Notes: generated from the sequence alone by a model not told the origin. A stretch of 64,000 nt of DNA from Acidobacteriota bacterium (GCA_040755995.1 JBFMAF010000037.1:256001-320000), one strand, 5' to 3'. Numbered from the stretch's first letter, positions 23,401 through 31,887 are shown. Translations and numbers: made by a program.

Positions 23401-24681
23401 GAGCCGCGCGCGCAACGAACAACGGGGAGAGAAATCGCAAATCACAAATCGCAAGTCGCAAGTCACAAATCCGCAGTTCCCGACGATCGCAACAGCCTCG
23501 CGGAATCCGACAGGGTCATTCTCGTCATCGAGGACGATGCGAACTTCGCGAAGGTGCTGCTCGACAAGTGTCACGAGCGCGGATTCAAGTGTCTGGTTGC
23601 ACCTACCGGAGAGGCGGGACTGGAGCTGGCGCGGAAGCACCTGCCCAGTGCCGTGATCCTCGATATTTGCCTGCCCGGTATGGACGGCTGGGCCGTGTTG
23701 AGCGCGCTCAAGGATGACACGCGCACCCGGCATATCCCGGTGCACATCGTCTCTGTGGAGGAGGCTTCGACTCGAGCACTTCGCAACGGTGCGGTGGGGC
23801 ACGCCACCAAGCCGCTTGACCAGGAGAGTCTTGAACATGCCTTCCGCAGACTCGAAGAAGTTGCGGCCAGAGAGCCAAAGCGAGTGCTGGTGGTTGAGGA
23901 CGATGCGGAGATCCGCCGCACGACCGTGAAGCTGATCGGAGACGGGGACGTCAAGGTCGACCAGGCGTCAACCGGGCAGCAGGCCCTGCAGGCGCTCCGA
24001 TCCGGCCGTTACGACTGCGTCGTCCTTGACCTGGGGTTGCCGGACCTGGACGGCCGGGAACTTCTCGTGACTCTCGATCGCGAAGGCGTAGAGCTGCCTC
24101 CCGTGATCGTTCATACCGCCCGCGATCTCACACGCGAGGAGGAAGCCGCCCTGCGCGAGCACGCCGAGTCGATCGTCATCAAGGACGTCCGCTCCCAGGA
24201 GCGGCTTCTCGACGATGTCTCGCTCTTCCTTCACAGGGTCGTGAGTCAGATGCCCGAGAAGAAGCGCCAGGTCATCCGAGACCTGCATGACACCGACGCG
24301 CTCCTCAGGGACAAGAAGGTGCTCATCGTGGACGACGACATGCGGACGACCTTCGCGCTGTCGCGGCTGTTGTCCGAGCACGGCATGAGGACCCTGAAAG
24401 CGGAGAACGGCGAGAGGGCCTTGAGGCTGCTGGAGGAACAGCCGGACGTGGACCTCGTGCTCATGGACATCATGATGCCCGTGATGGACGGCTACGAGGC
24501 CGTCAAGCGAATCCGGAATTCGGGAGGTGCAATACGAAACATCCCCGTGATCGCGCTGACGGCGAAGGCGATGAAAGAAGACCGCGAGAAGTGCATCGCG
24601 GCCGGAGCCAGCGACTACCTGCCCAAGCCGGTGGACCAAGGACGACTCATCTCGATGCTGCGCGTTTGGCTATACAGGTAA
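20422..24681 (+). CDS. Cytoplasmic hybrid kinase PAS-PAS-GAF-GAF-E/Q-rich coiled coil-HisKA-HATPase-REC-REC-REC (MAC2-type)
   Basis: LWDWDI/LHPDD PAS; GEGLVGQAA GAF; EELQAQQEELRTANEELEEQ; KSEFLANMSHELRTPLNS; three receivers. Confidence 0.95.
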   Translation: MKRDEAKKRTNAARRPRKPVEERVQLAVEALEVEKQRLERASVAGNVALWDWDIITGVLEWSSVIDPMLGFREEKFPRTIQAWGEILHPDDEARVMETLNRHLRGEAPYEIDYRVRRADGSYIWWRVTGVAERNATGKAVRMSGACTDTTERKQAEEALRQARDTVERRVQERTAELASSNEQLRRLSSELELIIDSIPGRVFYKDTKNCFIRVNKYMADAYKMTKDQLERASVFDLHPREQAQAYFEDDLQVIRSGKAKLNIDEPWETETGARWVNTSKIPYVNEQGEVIGVIGVSTDVTDRKKAEMQVRERSEQLQRQTRIMEGINKVFREALIRKTEGEVGKAALGVAEELTGSSFGFIGEINPAGLMDTIAISNPGWHACDIIVSDAKNFIKHMPLRGIDRATLREGKSRIVNAGQIAMHPDRVGTPQGHPPITCFLGVPFKREGKTVGMIGLANKEGGYSREDQEAIEMLSVAFYEAMIRKRMETELQEHAALKAAQAELSNLMRGDPHIDVLTRDIITFLCRHLEAQTGVMYLASDDGTLRLVASYAYKRREHLPCEYQLGEGLVGQAALGKEDIILTNVPEDYILIESGLGEAVPHNIYIKPIVHNSKVEAVIELGTLYEFAEFQSHFLNTVSEDIAVALESAEARALQAELLEESQRLTEELQAQQEELRTANEELEEQTQRLRESEEKLKTQQEELQVTNEELEEKNELLDRQKKDVERARKDIEEKAEELALASKYKSEFLANMSHELRTPLNSLLLLAQSLGDNKNGNLTGEQVESARIIHRSGSDLLNLINEILDLSKIEAGRIDLQLGIVRVCDLAEGVRASFKHMAEEKGLSLEVALREDAPTEIRSDRKRVEQVVRNLVSNAIKFTESGGVAVTFGRPVAGTDLSRSRMLPDECLAIGVKDTGIGIAPEHQKIIFEAFQQADGSTAREYGGTGLGLSISRELAHLLGGEVQLESEPGMGSVFVLYLPLDCPTKSPGHREPRAQRTTGREIANHKSQVASHKSAVPDDRNSLAESDRVILVIEDDANFAKVLLDKCHERGFKCLVAPTGEAGLELARKHLPSAVILDICLPGMDGWAVLSALKDDTRTRHIPVHIVSVEEASTRALRNGAVGHATKPLDQESLEHAFRRLEEVAAREPKRVLVVEDDAEIRRTTVKLIGDGDVKVDQASTGQQALQALRSGRYDCVVLDLGLPDLDGRELLVTLDREGVELPPVIVHTARDLTREEEAALREHAESIVIKDVRSQERLLDDVSLFLHRVVSQMPEKKRQVIRDLHDTDALLRDKKVLIVDDDMRTTFALSRLLSEHGMRTLKAENGERALRLLEEQPDVDLVLMDIMMPVMDGYEAVKRIRNSGGAIRNIPVIALTAKAMKEDREKCIAAGASDYLPKPVDQGRLISMLRVWLYR
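23432..23473. repeat. In-frame heptamer array (AARTCRC)x6 = 42 nt inside the kinase linker
   Basis: aaatcgc aaatcac aaatcgc aagtcgc aagtcac aaatccg. Confidence 0.9.
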
Positions 24682-25571
24682 TGGCAAGACAGGGTCCAAC
24701 GGGACAAACCCGACAGGCGGAAGCCTGTAGACCAAGCGAGACTGAAGAGATCGAGATCCAGTTGCTGCTGGAAGCGATTTACCAGCGCTACGGATACGAT
24801 TTTCGCTCGTACGCCCGTGCTTCTATCGACCGCCGCACGAGACAGTTCCTGTCCAGCTCAGGTTGCGCGTCGCTCTCTGAGATGATCCCGAAGGTATTGC
24901 ACGACGAGACGTTCTTCTCCCGGCTGGCACAGTACTTCTCGATATCAGTGACAGAGATGTTTCGCGATCCGTTCGTGTATCAGGCCGTCAGGGAGAAGGT
25001 GGTTCCGCTGCTCAGGACGTGGCCGTTTTTCAAGGTCTGGGTCGCGGGGTGCGCCACCGGCGAAGAGGTCTACTCGCTGGCCATTCTGCTCAAGGAGGAA
25101 GGCGTCTACGACCGGGCGACCGTCTACGCTACCGACTTCAACGACTCCACCCTCGATCGTGCCCGAGAGGGCATCTACGAGATGGGGAAGCTGCAGGAGG
25201 CGACCAGAAACTATCAGCAGGCGGGCGGCAAGGCGTCCTTCTCTGAGTACTACCACGCGAGGTACGACGCAGGGGTCATGGATCACTCGCTCAAGGAGCG
25301 CATCACCTTCGCCAATCACAATCTGACGGTCGACACTTCGTTCGGCGAGATGCACCTGGTCTTCTGTCGCAACGTGCTGATCTACTTCAACCGCGATCTC
25401 CAGAACCGCGCGCTTGGGCTTTTCACGGACAGTCTTGTGCATGGCGGTTTCCTGTGTCTAGGCACCGCGGAAGACCTGCGGCTCGCTGACGTGAGCGACC
25501 GGTACGAAGTCGTCGACGGGAAGGCGCGAATCTACAAGAAGTCGGAATGCGGGACGCGGAGCGCGGAGTGA
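24681..25571 (+). CDS. cheR: CheR-type protein-glutamate O-methyltransferase
   Basis: YGYDFRSY, SVTEMFRDP, VWVAGCATGEEVYS, YATDFN, FCRNVLIYF. Confidence 0.95.
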   Translation: MARQGPTGQTRQAEACRPSETEEIEIQLLLEAIYQRYGYDFRSYARASIDRRTRQFLSSSGCASLSEMIPKVLHDETFFSRLAQYFSISVTEMFRDPFVYQAVREKVVPLLRTWPFFKVWVAGCATGEEVYSLAILLKEEGVYDRATVYATDFNDSTLDRAREGIYEMGKLQEATRNYQQAGGKASFSEYYHARYDAGVMDHSLKERITFANHNLTVDTSFGEMHLVFCRNVLIYFNRDLQNRALGLFTDSLVHGGFLCLGTAEDLRLADVSDRYEVVDGKARIYKKSECGTRSAE

Positions 25572-25573
25572 AG
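25539..25573. repeat. Heptamer array (NNNGCGG-like) spanning the cheR/cheB junction
   Basis: aagtcgg aatgcgg gacgcgg agcgcgg agtgaag. Confidence 0.7.
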
Positions 25574-26263
25574 ATGAAGAGTGGACTGAACGAAGGCGGA
25601 CACGACTTCCGTGCCGTAGTGCTGGGTGCGTCGGCGGGCGGGTCCGAGGCGTTCGCGGGCATTCTTTCGACCCTCCCCGCCGATTTCGCACTGCCGATTC
25701 TAGCTGTGCAGCATCTTCATCCCATGGACGACGGTCAGTTCGCGAGCCACCTTGGCAGTGTCAGCCGGTTGACCGTCGCTACGCCTCGTGACAAGCGACG
25801 TATCGACCGGGGGCGCGTCTACGTGGCTCCGTCGAACTATCACGTGCTCGTGGAGCGGGACGGCTCGATTGCCCTGTCCGTGGACGAGAAAGTCAACTGG
25901 TCGAGGCTTTCTATCGACGTGCTCTTCGAAAGCCCCGCCCAGACCTGGGCGGATTCGCTGATCGCGGTCATCCTGTCAGATGCCAGCGCCGACGGCGCCA
26001 AGGGCACGCGCGCGGTCAAGGAGGCAGGGGGCCTCACGATCGTCCAAGACCCGGCAAGCGCCGAGTACCCGGTCATGCCCCAGGCAGCGATTGACGCAGG
26101 GGCAGTAGACGAAGTACTGACTCTTGAGGAGATCGGGCCGCGGCTGGCCAAACTCGGGACGCTCTCGAATACGGAGCTCGGAAGCCGGGATGGGGAACGG
26201 AACATGAACGATGAACGAATCCGAAACTCGGAACTCCGCGCTCGATCCGAAAGGAAAGACTGA
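25568..26263 (+). CDS. cheB: CheB-type methylesterase, catalytic domain only (no receiver), possibly degenerate
   Basis: GASAGG (Ser), VQHL (His), ADG (Asp), IVQDP...MPQAAI. GTGA overlap with cheR. Confidence 0.9.
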   Translation: MKMKSGLNEGGHDFRAVVLGASAGGSEAFAGILSTLPADFALPILAVQHLHPMDDGQFASHLGSVSRLTVATPRDKRRIDRGRVYVAPSNYHVLVERDGSIALSVDEKVNWSRLSIDVLFESPAQTWADSLIAVILSDASADGAKGTRAVKEAGGLTIVQDPASAEYPVMPQAAIDAGAVDEVLTLEEIGPRLAKLGTLSNTELGSRDGERNMNDERIRNSELRARSERKD

Positions 26264-26341
26264 TATGGGCGAAGAAGACAAGAAACAAAACCTGGACTGC
26301 TCTTTGACTCCGCGCTCCGAGCTCCGCGTTCCGAGCTCGAA
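26168..26341. repeat. Degenerate heptamer arrays in the cheB 3' end and the 5' end of the next kinase
   Basis: aatacgg agctcgg aagccgg gatgggg (26168-26195); aatccga aactcgg aactccg (26218-26238); actccgc gctccga gctccgc gttccga gctcgaa (26307-26341). Confidence 0.75.
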
Positions 26342-29024
26342 ACAGAAGGTCCTGATCGCGGACGACAGGAAAGAAAATCTGGTGGCCCTGCGGCACGTGC
26401 TGCGTGATGTGGATGCAGAGATCGTCGCGGCGACCAGCGGCAATGAGGCCCTCGCCGCCACGCTGGAACATGACTTCGCCGTGGCAATTCTGGACGTAAT
26501 GATGCCTGGAATGAACGGCTACGAACTGGCCGAGCTCCTGCGCGGGGACAAGAAAACCGAAGTGATCCCGATTGTCTTCGTCACCGCCTCGCATGCCGAC
26601 GAGCAGCACATGTTCAAAGGCTATGAAGTGGGCGGCATCGACTACATCGTCAAGCCCTACGCGCCTGAGGTCATGGTCGGCAAAGTCAGGATGTTCCTCG
26701 AGTTGGCCCGCCACCGGCAAGAACAGCAAAGACATCGCGAGCGTCTCGAGACGCTGGTCGCAGAGCGGACAAGGGAACTGAGCGAGCGCGTCAAGGAACT
26801 CAGGTGTCTCTATCGAGTGTCCACGCTCGTAGCCGAGCCCGGAAGGAGTGTCGAGGACGTGTTCCGTACGAGCGTGTCGCTGATCCCGGCCGCCTTGCAG
26901 TATCCCGAGATAGCCTGCGCCAGGATCACGTTCGAGGGCCGGGAGTTCACCACAGCCAACTTCAGGGAGACCGCCAGGAAGCTGGCCGCCGACATCGTCG
27001 TCTCTGGAAAAGCAGAAGGATCAGTGGAAGTGTTCTATCTCAAGGGAATGCCCGAGGTCGAAGAAGAACCGTTCCTCAGGGAGGAGAGGGAGCTCGTCGA
27101 GGATCTGGCAAGGCAGCTCGGGGTCATGATGGAGCGCCAGCGGGCCGAAGCGAGGGTGCAGAGAGAGCGTCAGCGGTTCAATGAAATCCTGGAAAAGCTG
27201 CCGGTGATGATCTGCCTACTGACGCCGGATCATCATGTACCATTTGCCAATCGCTGCTTCCGCGAGCATTTCGGCGAGTCGCATGACCGGCGCTGTTTCG
27301 AGTATATCTTTCACCGAACCGAGCCGTGTCCTGAGTGCCAGGCCTTCACGCCGCTGAAGACCCACGTGCCGCATCATTGGGAGGGGGTCGCCCCGAATGG
27401 AAGCTATCTCGACATCCACAACTTCCCGTTCGCCGACGTGGACGGTTCCCCTCTGATTCTCGAGATGGATATCGACATCACCGATCGCAAGCGCGCCGAG
27501 GAGGCCTTGGCGAGCTCGGAGGCGAGGTTCCGCAGCTTTTTCGAGGGCGCGCCCGACTACTGCTACATGCTGGCCCCCGACGGTCGTATCCTTGATGTGA
27601 ACAAGGCCGCCTTGGCTGCGCTGGGCTACGACAAGAGCGAGCTGGTCGGGCAGCCCGTCCGGCAGATCTACGCCCCCGAGTCACAGCACGCAGTAGAGCA
27701 GGCGCTGGACGAATGGCGGCGGACCGGGAGCATCGAAGGCCGGGAGCTGCAGATCATTAGCAAGCAGGGGGCACAGCGCTCCGTGATACTCGACGTGGCC
27801 TCGGTCCGTAACGAGGAGGGGGCGCTCCTCTACTCCATATCCACGCAGCGTGATATCGCCGAGCGCAAGAAGTTGGAGGCGCAGTTCATCCAGGCGCAGA
27901 AGATGGAGAGTGTGGGACGGCTGGCCGGCGGTGTGGCCCATGACTTCAACAACATGCTCTCCGTGATTCTCGGCCGTGCGCAGCTGTGCCTGGATACGGT
28001 CGATCCGGCGCAGCCCCTTCATGGAGACCTCCAGGAAATCCTTAAGGCCGCCCGGCGCTCCGCCGACCTCACTCGTCAACTCCTCGCCTTCGCCAGGAAG
28101 CAGCCGGCCGCGCCCAAGGTTCTCGACTTGAATGAGACGGTGGAGGGCATGCTGAAGATGCTGCGGCGGCTTGTGGGCGAGGACATTGATATTGCCTGGT
28201 TGCCTGGCCACGGCCTCTGGCCCGTCATGATCGACCCCGCCCAAATCGACCAGATCCTGGCGAACCTCGCGGTCAACGCCCGCGATGCCATCGCCGGCAC
28301 CGGCAAACTCACAATCGAGACCGAGAAAGTCGTCTTCGATGAATCCTATTGCGCGAGCCACGTGGGTATGGTCCCCGGCGAATACGCGATGTTGGCCGTG
28401 AGCGATGACGGATGTGGCATGGAGAAAGGTGTCCTTGAGCACGTTTTCGAGCCCTTCTTCACCACCAAGGCGGCCGGCCAGGGCACTGGTCTGGGGCTGG
28501 CGACGGTGTTCGGGATCGTCAAACAGAACGAGGGCTTCATCAATGTGTACAGCGAGCCGGGCGAGGGATCGACTTTCAAGATCTACCTTCCGCGGCACCA
28601 GGGGAAGGCCGGTACACTGTCGCCGAACGAGGCGGAGGCGCCACCGAGAGGCGGCACCGAGACGCTGCTGCTGGTCGAGGACGAGACGGCGATTCTGCAA
28701 GTCGGCAAGCGCATGCTCGAACGGCTGGGCTATACGGTGCTGACCGCGAGTGCGCCGGGCGAGGCCATCCGCATAGCCGAACAGCATGCCGGGGTGATAC
28801 ACGCTCTCATCACCGACGTTGTCATGCCGGAGATGTCGGGGCGAGAACTGGCCGACCGGCTCAGCTCCTCGCGTCCAACCCTGAAACAGCTGTTCATGTC
28901 AGGCTACACGGACAACGCCGTCGCCCACCGCGGCGTGCTGCAGGAAGGCGTGCACTTCCTGCAGAAACCTTTCTCACTTCGGGACATGGCCGCCAAGGTG
29001 CGCGAGGCGCTGGAGGGGAAATAG
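26265..29024 (+). CDS. Hybrid kinase REC-GAF-like-PAS-PAS-HisKA-HATPase-REC
   Basis: [49 protein letters not shown]-terminal receiver. Confidence 0.94.
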   Translation: MGEEDKKQNLDCSLTPRSELRVPSSKQKVLIADDRKENLVALRHVLRDVDAEIVAATSGNEALAATLEHDFAVAILDVMMPGMNGYELAELLRGDKKTEVIPIVFVTASHADEQHMFKGYEVGGIDYIVKPYAPEVMVGKVRMFLELARHRQEQQRHRERLETLVAERTRELSERVKELRCLYRVSTLVAEPGRSVEDVFRTSVSLIPAALQYPEIACARITFEGREFTTANFRETARKLAADIVVSGKAEGSVEVFYLKGMPEVEEEPFLREERELVEDLARQLGVMMERQRAEARVQRERQRFNEILEKLPVMICLLTPDHHVPFANRCFREHFGESHDRRCFEYIFHRTEPCPECQAFTPLKTHVPHHWEGVAPNGSYLDIHNFPFADVDGSPLILEMDIDITDRKRAEEALASSEARFRSFFEGAPDYCYMLAPDGRILDVNKAALAALGYDKSELVGQPVRQIYAPESQHAVEQALDEWRRTGSIEGRELQIISKQGAQRSVILDVASVRNEEGALLYSISTQRDIAERKKLEAQFIQAQKMESVGRLAGGVAHDFNNMLSVILGRAQLCLDTVDPAQPLHGDLQEILKAARRSADLTRQLLAFARKQPAAPKVLDLNETVEGMLKMLRRLVGEDIDIAWLPGHGLWPVMIDPAQIDQILANLAVNARDAIAGTGKLTIETEKVVFDESYCASHVGMVPGEYAMLAVSDDGCGMEKGVLEHVFEPFFTTKAAGQGTGLGLATVFGIVKQNEGFINVYSEPGEGSTFKIYLPRHQGKAGTLSPNEAEAPPRGGTETLLLVEDETAILQVGKRMLERLGYTVLTASAPGEAIRIAEQHAGVIHALITDVVMPEMSGRELADRLSSSRPTLKQLFMSGYTDNAVAHRGVLQEGVHFLQKPFSLRDMAAKVREALEGK

Positions 29025-29038
29025 AGCGCCTGCGGCGC

Positions 29039-30922
29039 TCAGGACCAAGACCTGAGGCCGATCATTCCCCAGTAGAGCAGGTACGCTGCAACGATTGTGT
29101 TGGCGACGCTCACAGCGATCGAGTGCCACCTCGCCCAACGGTTTACTTCCGATGCCGGAGCGCGCGCCGCGAGAAGGAGCCCGAGGACGGCCGCGATCGC
29201 AAAGGCCACGGTCAGCGCGCAGAAACCGACGGACCATACAGTGGGCCTCCCGAATCGCGGGATGAGATCTGTGCCGGCGACGGTCAACAGCACGCTTGCT
29301 GCGGCGAAGCAGAGGACCGAAACGAGCGGCACCACGCGGATGCGCAGGTGGCGCACGGCGCGCATCCGTCCGAGCAGCTTCCGCGGCAGCCAGATGATCG
29401 CGAAGCTGAGCGAGCTCAGCATGAGGGCGATCGATCCGATAGCCACGATGCGCTCGACCCACACGATCCAGCCGCGCACGGGGCGCCATGTGACCGAGTC
29501 GGTCTGGACGAAACGCCCCTCTACCGGGTCCTCGATCAGAGCGAGAGTAGCGACGGGATCCTCATCCTTCTCGCTCTTCTCCCGAAACAGCCGATCGTTG
29601 ACGCACACATAGCCGGTGCTCTCGCCCATGAATGGGTCCATGAACAGTCCGGATTCGCCGACCGAGATCGAGACCACGCCCAGGAGGTGCGTCATGAAAC
29701 GCGTAAGCTCCTGCCGCGGGCTGTCGAAGCGGTAGTAGCCCGAGTATCGTTGCGCGAGGTCTGCCGGGACTTTGGCGATCGGGGGCACGGCCGGCCTGGG
29801 CAGGTCCTTAGTGAGGTAGCCCTTGATTAGCTTCTCGATGCGCTCGAATGCGGGCGCGTTCCCGCCGTTGATCATGAAGCAGTATCCCAGACCTTCGCCC
29901 GGCAGATACCCCATGCTCGCGGCTCCTCCCTGGACTCCTCCGTCATGACCGTGATAGACGAACCCGCTGTCCACCGTCGTGTAGTTGCTCAGCCCGTAGC
30001 CGGTCGTGAGACCGGCGCGCGCGCTCCAGGTGCTCGCGGGCCTCTCCATCCGCTCGATCGACGAGGGCTGCAAGAGCATCCTTCCTTCGAACGAGCCGCG
30101 GTTCAGATAGAACCGCACGAGGTTTGCCATCTCCATGGGCGATGCGTTCACTGCGCCCGACGGTCGCATGCAGATGTGCCAGTATGGGTACGGGGTCACA
30201 CCGTCAGGATGGTAGAGCGTGGCAATGTTGGCCTTGACCTGGTCGGTCAAGAGGTAGCTCGCCGTTTTCATCCCGAGCGGCTCGAAGATCTGCTCGCGCA
30301 CGAAATCCTCGAAGCGGCTTCCCGAGATCCTTTCCACGATGCGCGCCGCGATGGGCGGTCCTGAATTGCAGTACGAGTAACGGGTTCCTGGTCTCCACCG
30401 CGACACACGCGACGCGGGGCAGTAGGCCAGGCCGTCGGCGAGGCTGATGTGGGGATCGTTCAAGGCATATTCCTTCAGTCGAAGGTCATCAAATCCTGTC
30501 GCGTGCTCGAGCAGATGGACGATACGGAGCGGATTGCTGTCTTCCCACGGATTCTCGAACCAGACGTCGGGTGCGCGCACGCGGACGAGGTCGTCAAGGC
30601 TGAGCTTGCCAGCTTCCTGGAGCATCAGCACGGAGATCGAGACGAAGCTCTTCGAGATCGAGCCGATCCGGAACAGCGTGTCTGCCGTAGCATCGCGGCC
30701 GGATGCCACGTCGGCCTTGCCTATTCCGGCGGTCCACAGCACGGCGTCCCGTGAGACCAGGGCGACCCCGACAGCGGGCAGCTTCGTCTCTTCCAACACC
30801 TTGCCGAGCTCCTTCTCGAGCTCGGGAATAGTCTGTGGCTTGGGCTCCTTCTTCTCCTCGGCCGCCCACGCCATAGGCGAACACAGCGCAACCCACAACG
30901 TGATCAACAGAAAGCGTCTCAT
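29039..30922 (-). CDS. Serine hydrolase (beta-lactamase/class C PBP family) with signal peptide and C-terminal TM helices
   Basis: FRIGSISKSF (SxxK), YSYCNSG (YxN), GHDGG; signal peptide ending AWA; about four hydrophobic C-terminal helices. Confidence 0.92.
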   Translation of the reverse strand: MRRFLLITLWVALCSPMAWAAEEKKEPKPQTIPELEKELGKVLEETKLPAVGVALVSRDAVLWTAGIGKADVASGRDATADTLFRIGSISKSFVSISVLMLQEAGKLSLDDLVRVRAPDVWFENPWEDSNPLRIVHLLEHATGFDDLRLKEYALNDPHISLADGLAYCPASRVSRWRPGTRYSYCNSGPPIAARIVERISGSRFEDFVREQIFEPLGMKTASYLLTDQVKANIATLYHPDGVTPYPYWHICMRPSGAVNASPMEMANLVRFYLNRGSFEGRMLLQPSSIERMERPASTWSARAGLTTGYGLSNYTTVDSGFVYHGHDGGVQGGAASMGYLPGEGLGYCFMINGGNAPAFERIEKLIKGYLTKDLPRPAVPPIAKVPADLAQRYSGYYRFDSPRQELTRFMTHLLGVVSISVGESGLFMDPFMGESTGYVCVNDRLFREKSEKDEDPVATLALIEDPVEGRFVQTDSVTWRPVRGWIVWVERIVAIGSIALMLSSLSFAIIWLPRKLLGRMRAVRHLRIRVVPLVSVLCFAAASVLLTVAGTDLIPRFGRPTVWSVGFCALTVAFAIAAVLGLLLAARAPASEVNRWARWHSIAVSVANTIVAAYLLYWGMIGLRSWS

Positions 30923-30960
30923 TCAGCCTCCCCGTATTCTCGGATGTACCGAGTAGATAC

Positions 30961-30986
30961 TACGGAGGCGTTCCCCGCAGGTTTCA
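30961..30986 (-). promoter_or_regulatory. ECF sigma (SigW-like) promoter TGAAAC-N16-CGTA
   Basis: Minus strand reads tgaaac ctgcggggaacgcctc cgta, about 40 nt upstream of the serine hydrolase start. Confidence 0.7.
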
Positions 30987-31034
30987 TGCCGCCCGTGACT
31001 CATCAGCGTAGGGCGGCGATCGCAGCGGCCCCCT

Positions 31035-31451
31035 CTACTCGCCGATGATGTGCACGAGGACCTTCCGCTGATTGCGGCCCTCCCGATGCTCCCACACGTA
31101 GATCCCCTGCCAGGTGCCGAGCGACAGATTGGAGCCGACGATTGGGATCTGCTCGGAGGTCCGCGTCAACGCGGCCTTGACATGGGCCGGCATGTCGTCG
31201 TCGCCCTCTGAAACGTGCGTAAACAGCGGATCGCCGTCCGGCACCACCCGGGTTAGAAATGCTTCCAGGTCGCGCTGCACCGCCGGGTCGGCGTTCTCCT
31301 GGATGACGAGACTCGCCGACGTGTGCCTGATGAACACAGTACACAGCCCTTCGACGACACCCGACGCTCGCACCGCGTCCTGAACTCCACTGGTGATTTC
31401 TGTCAACCCACGGCGGGTGGGCACGCTCAAGATCCTGTGGATCTGTTTCAT
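31035..31451 (-). CDS. YjbQ/UPF0047 family protein (secondary thiamine-phosphate synthase-like)
   Basis: HTSASLVIQENADP, EGDDDMPAHVK, LGTWQGIYVWEHR. Confidence 0.93.
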   Translation of the reverse strand: MKQIHRILSVPTRRGLTEITSGVQDAVRASGVVEGLCTVFIRHTSASLVIQENADPAVQRDLEAFLTRVVPDGDPLFTHVSEGDDDMPAHVKAALTRTSEQIPIVGSNLSLGTWQGIYVWEHREGRNQRKVLVHIIGE

Positions 31452-31530
31452 GGCAGGGCATTCTACCGTGCTCGCACCGGAAATGCACCACGTGCGATCG
31501 CCTCGGTGATACGCGAGCCGCCCACCCGGA

Positions 31531-31833
31531 CTACTCCTCCAGCTTCTCCTCCACCGACCTGACTTTCTCCTCCATGTCCACCACCTTGTCGCGGCGGTCG
31601 TCGATCTTGATGACGCAGCCCACGCGCGGAACTCCCATGGCGAAGAGCGCCTCGTGCATCTTCCGTATGATCTCGAAGCAGGCGGACAGGTCCCCCTGCA
31701 TGGTCGTGAACATCGGATCCAGCCGGTAGGTCACCCTGCCATCCTCCCTGATCACCTTTTCCGCGACCGCGACGTACTTCGACAGACTTGTTCCAACGCC
31801 GGTAGGCGTCACACTCACTGCGACAATGGCCAT
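31531..31833 (-). CDS. MTH1187/DUF77 family thiamine-binding protein
   Basis: VSVTPTG..TSLSKYVA, PMFTTMQGD, KIDDRRDK...KVRSVEEKL. Confidence 0.92.
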   Translation of the reverse strand: MAIVAVSVTPTGVGTSLSKYVAVAEKVIREDGRVTYRLDPMFTTMQGDLSACFEIIRKMHEALFAMGVPRVGCVIKIDDRRDKVVDMEEKVRSVEEKLEE

Positions 31834-31887
31834 CTCGACCTCCCTGGTACGCTCACATTCTATCGCGACATCTCGACAGCCGCCGAC

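Noticed and set aside
31035..31833. Thiamine biosynthesis operon with TPP riboswitch
   Set aside because: No TPP aptamer motif (CTGAGA...ACCTGA) or thi genes seen. The two families are only loosely thiamine-related and each has its own TAGAAT -10 candidate.
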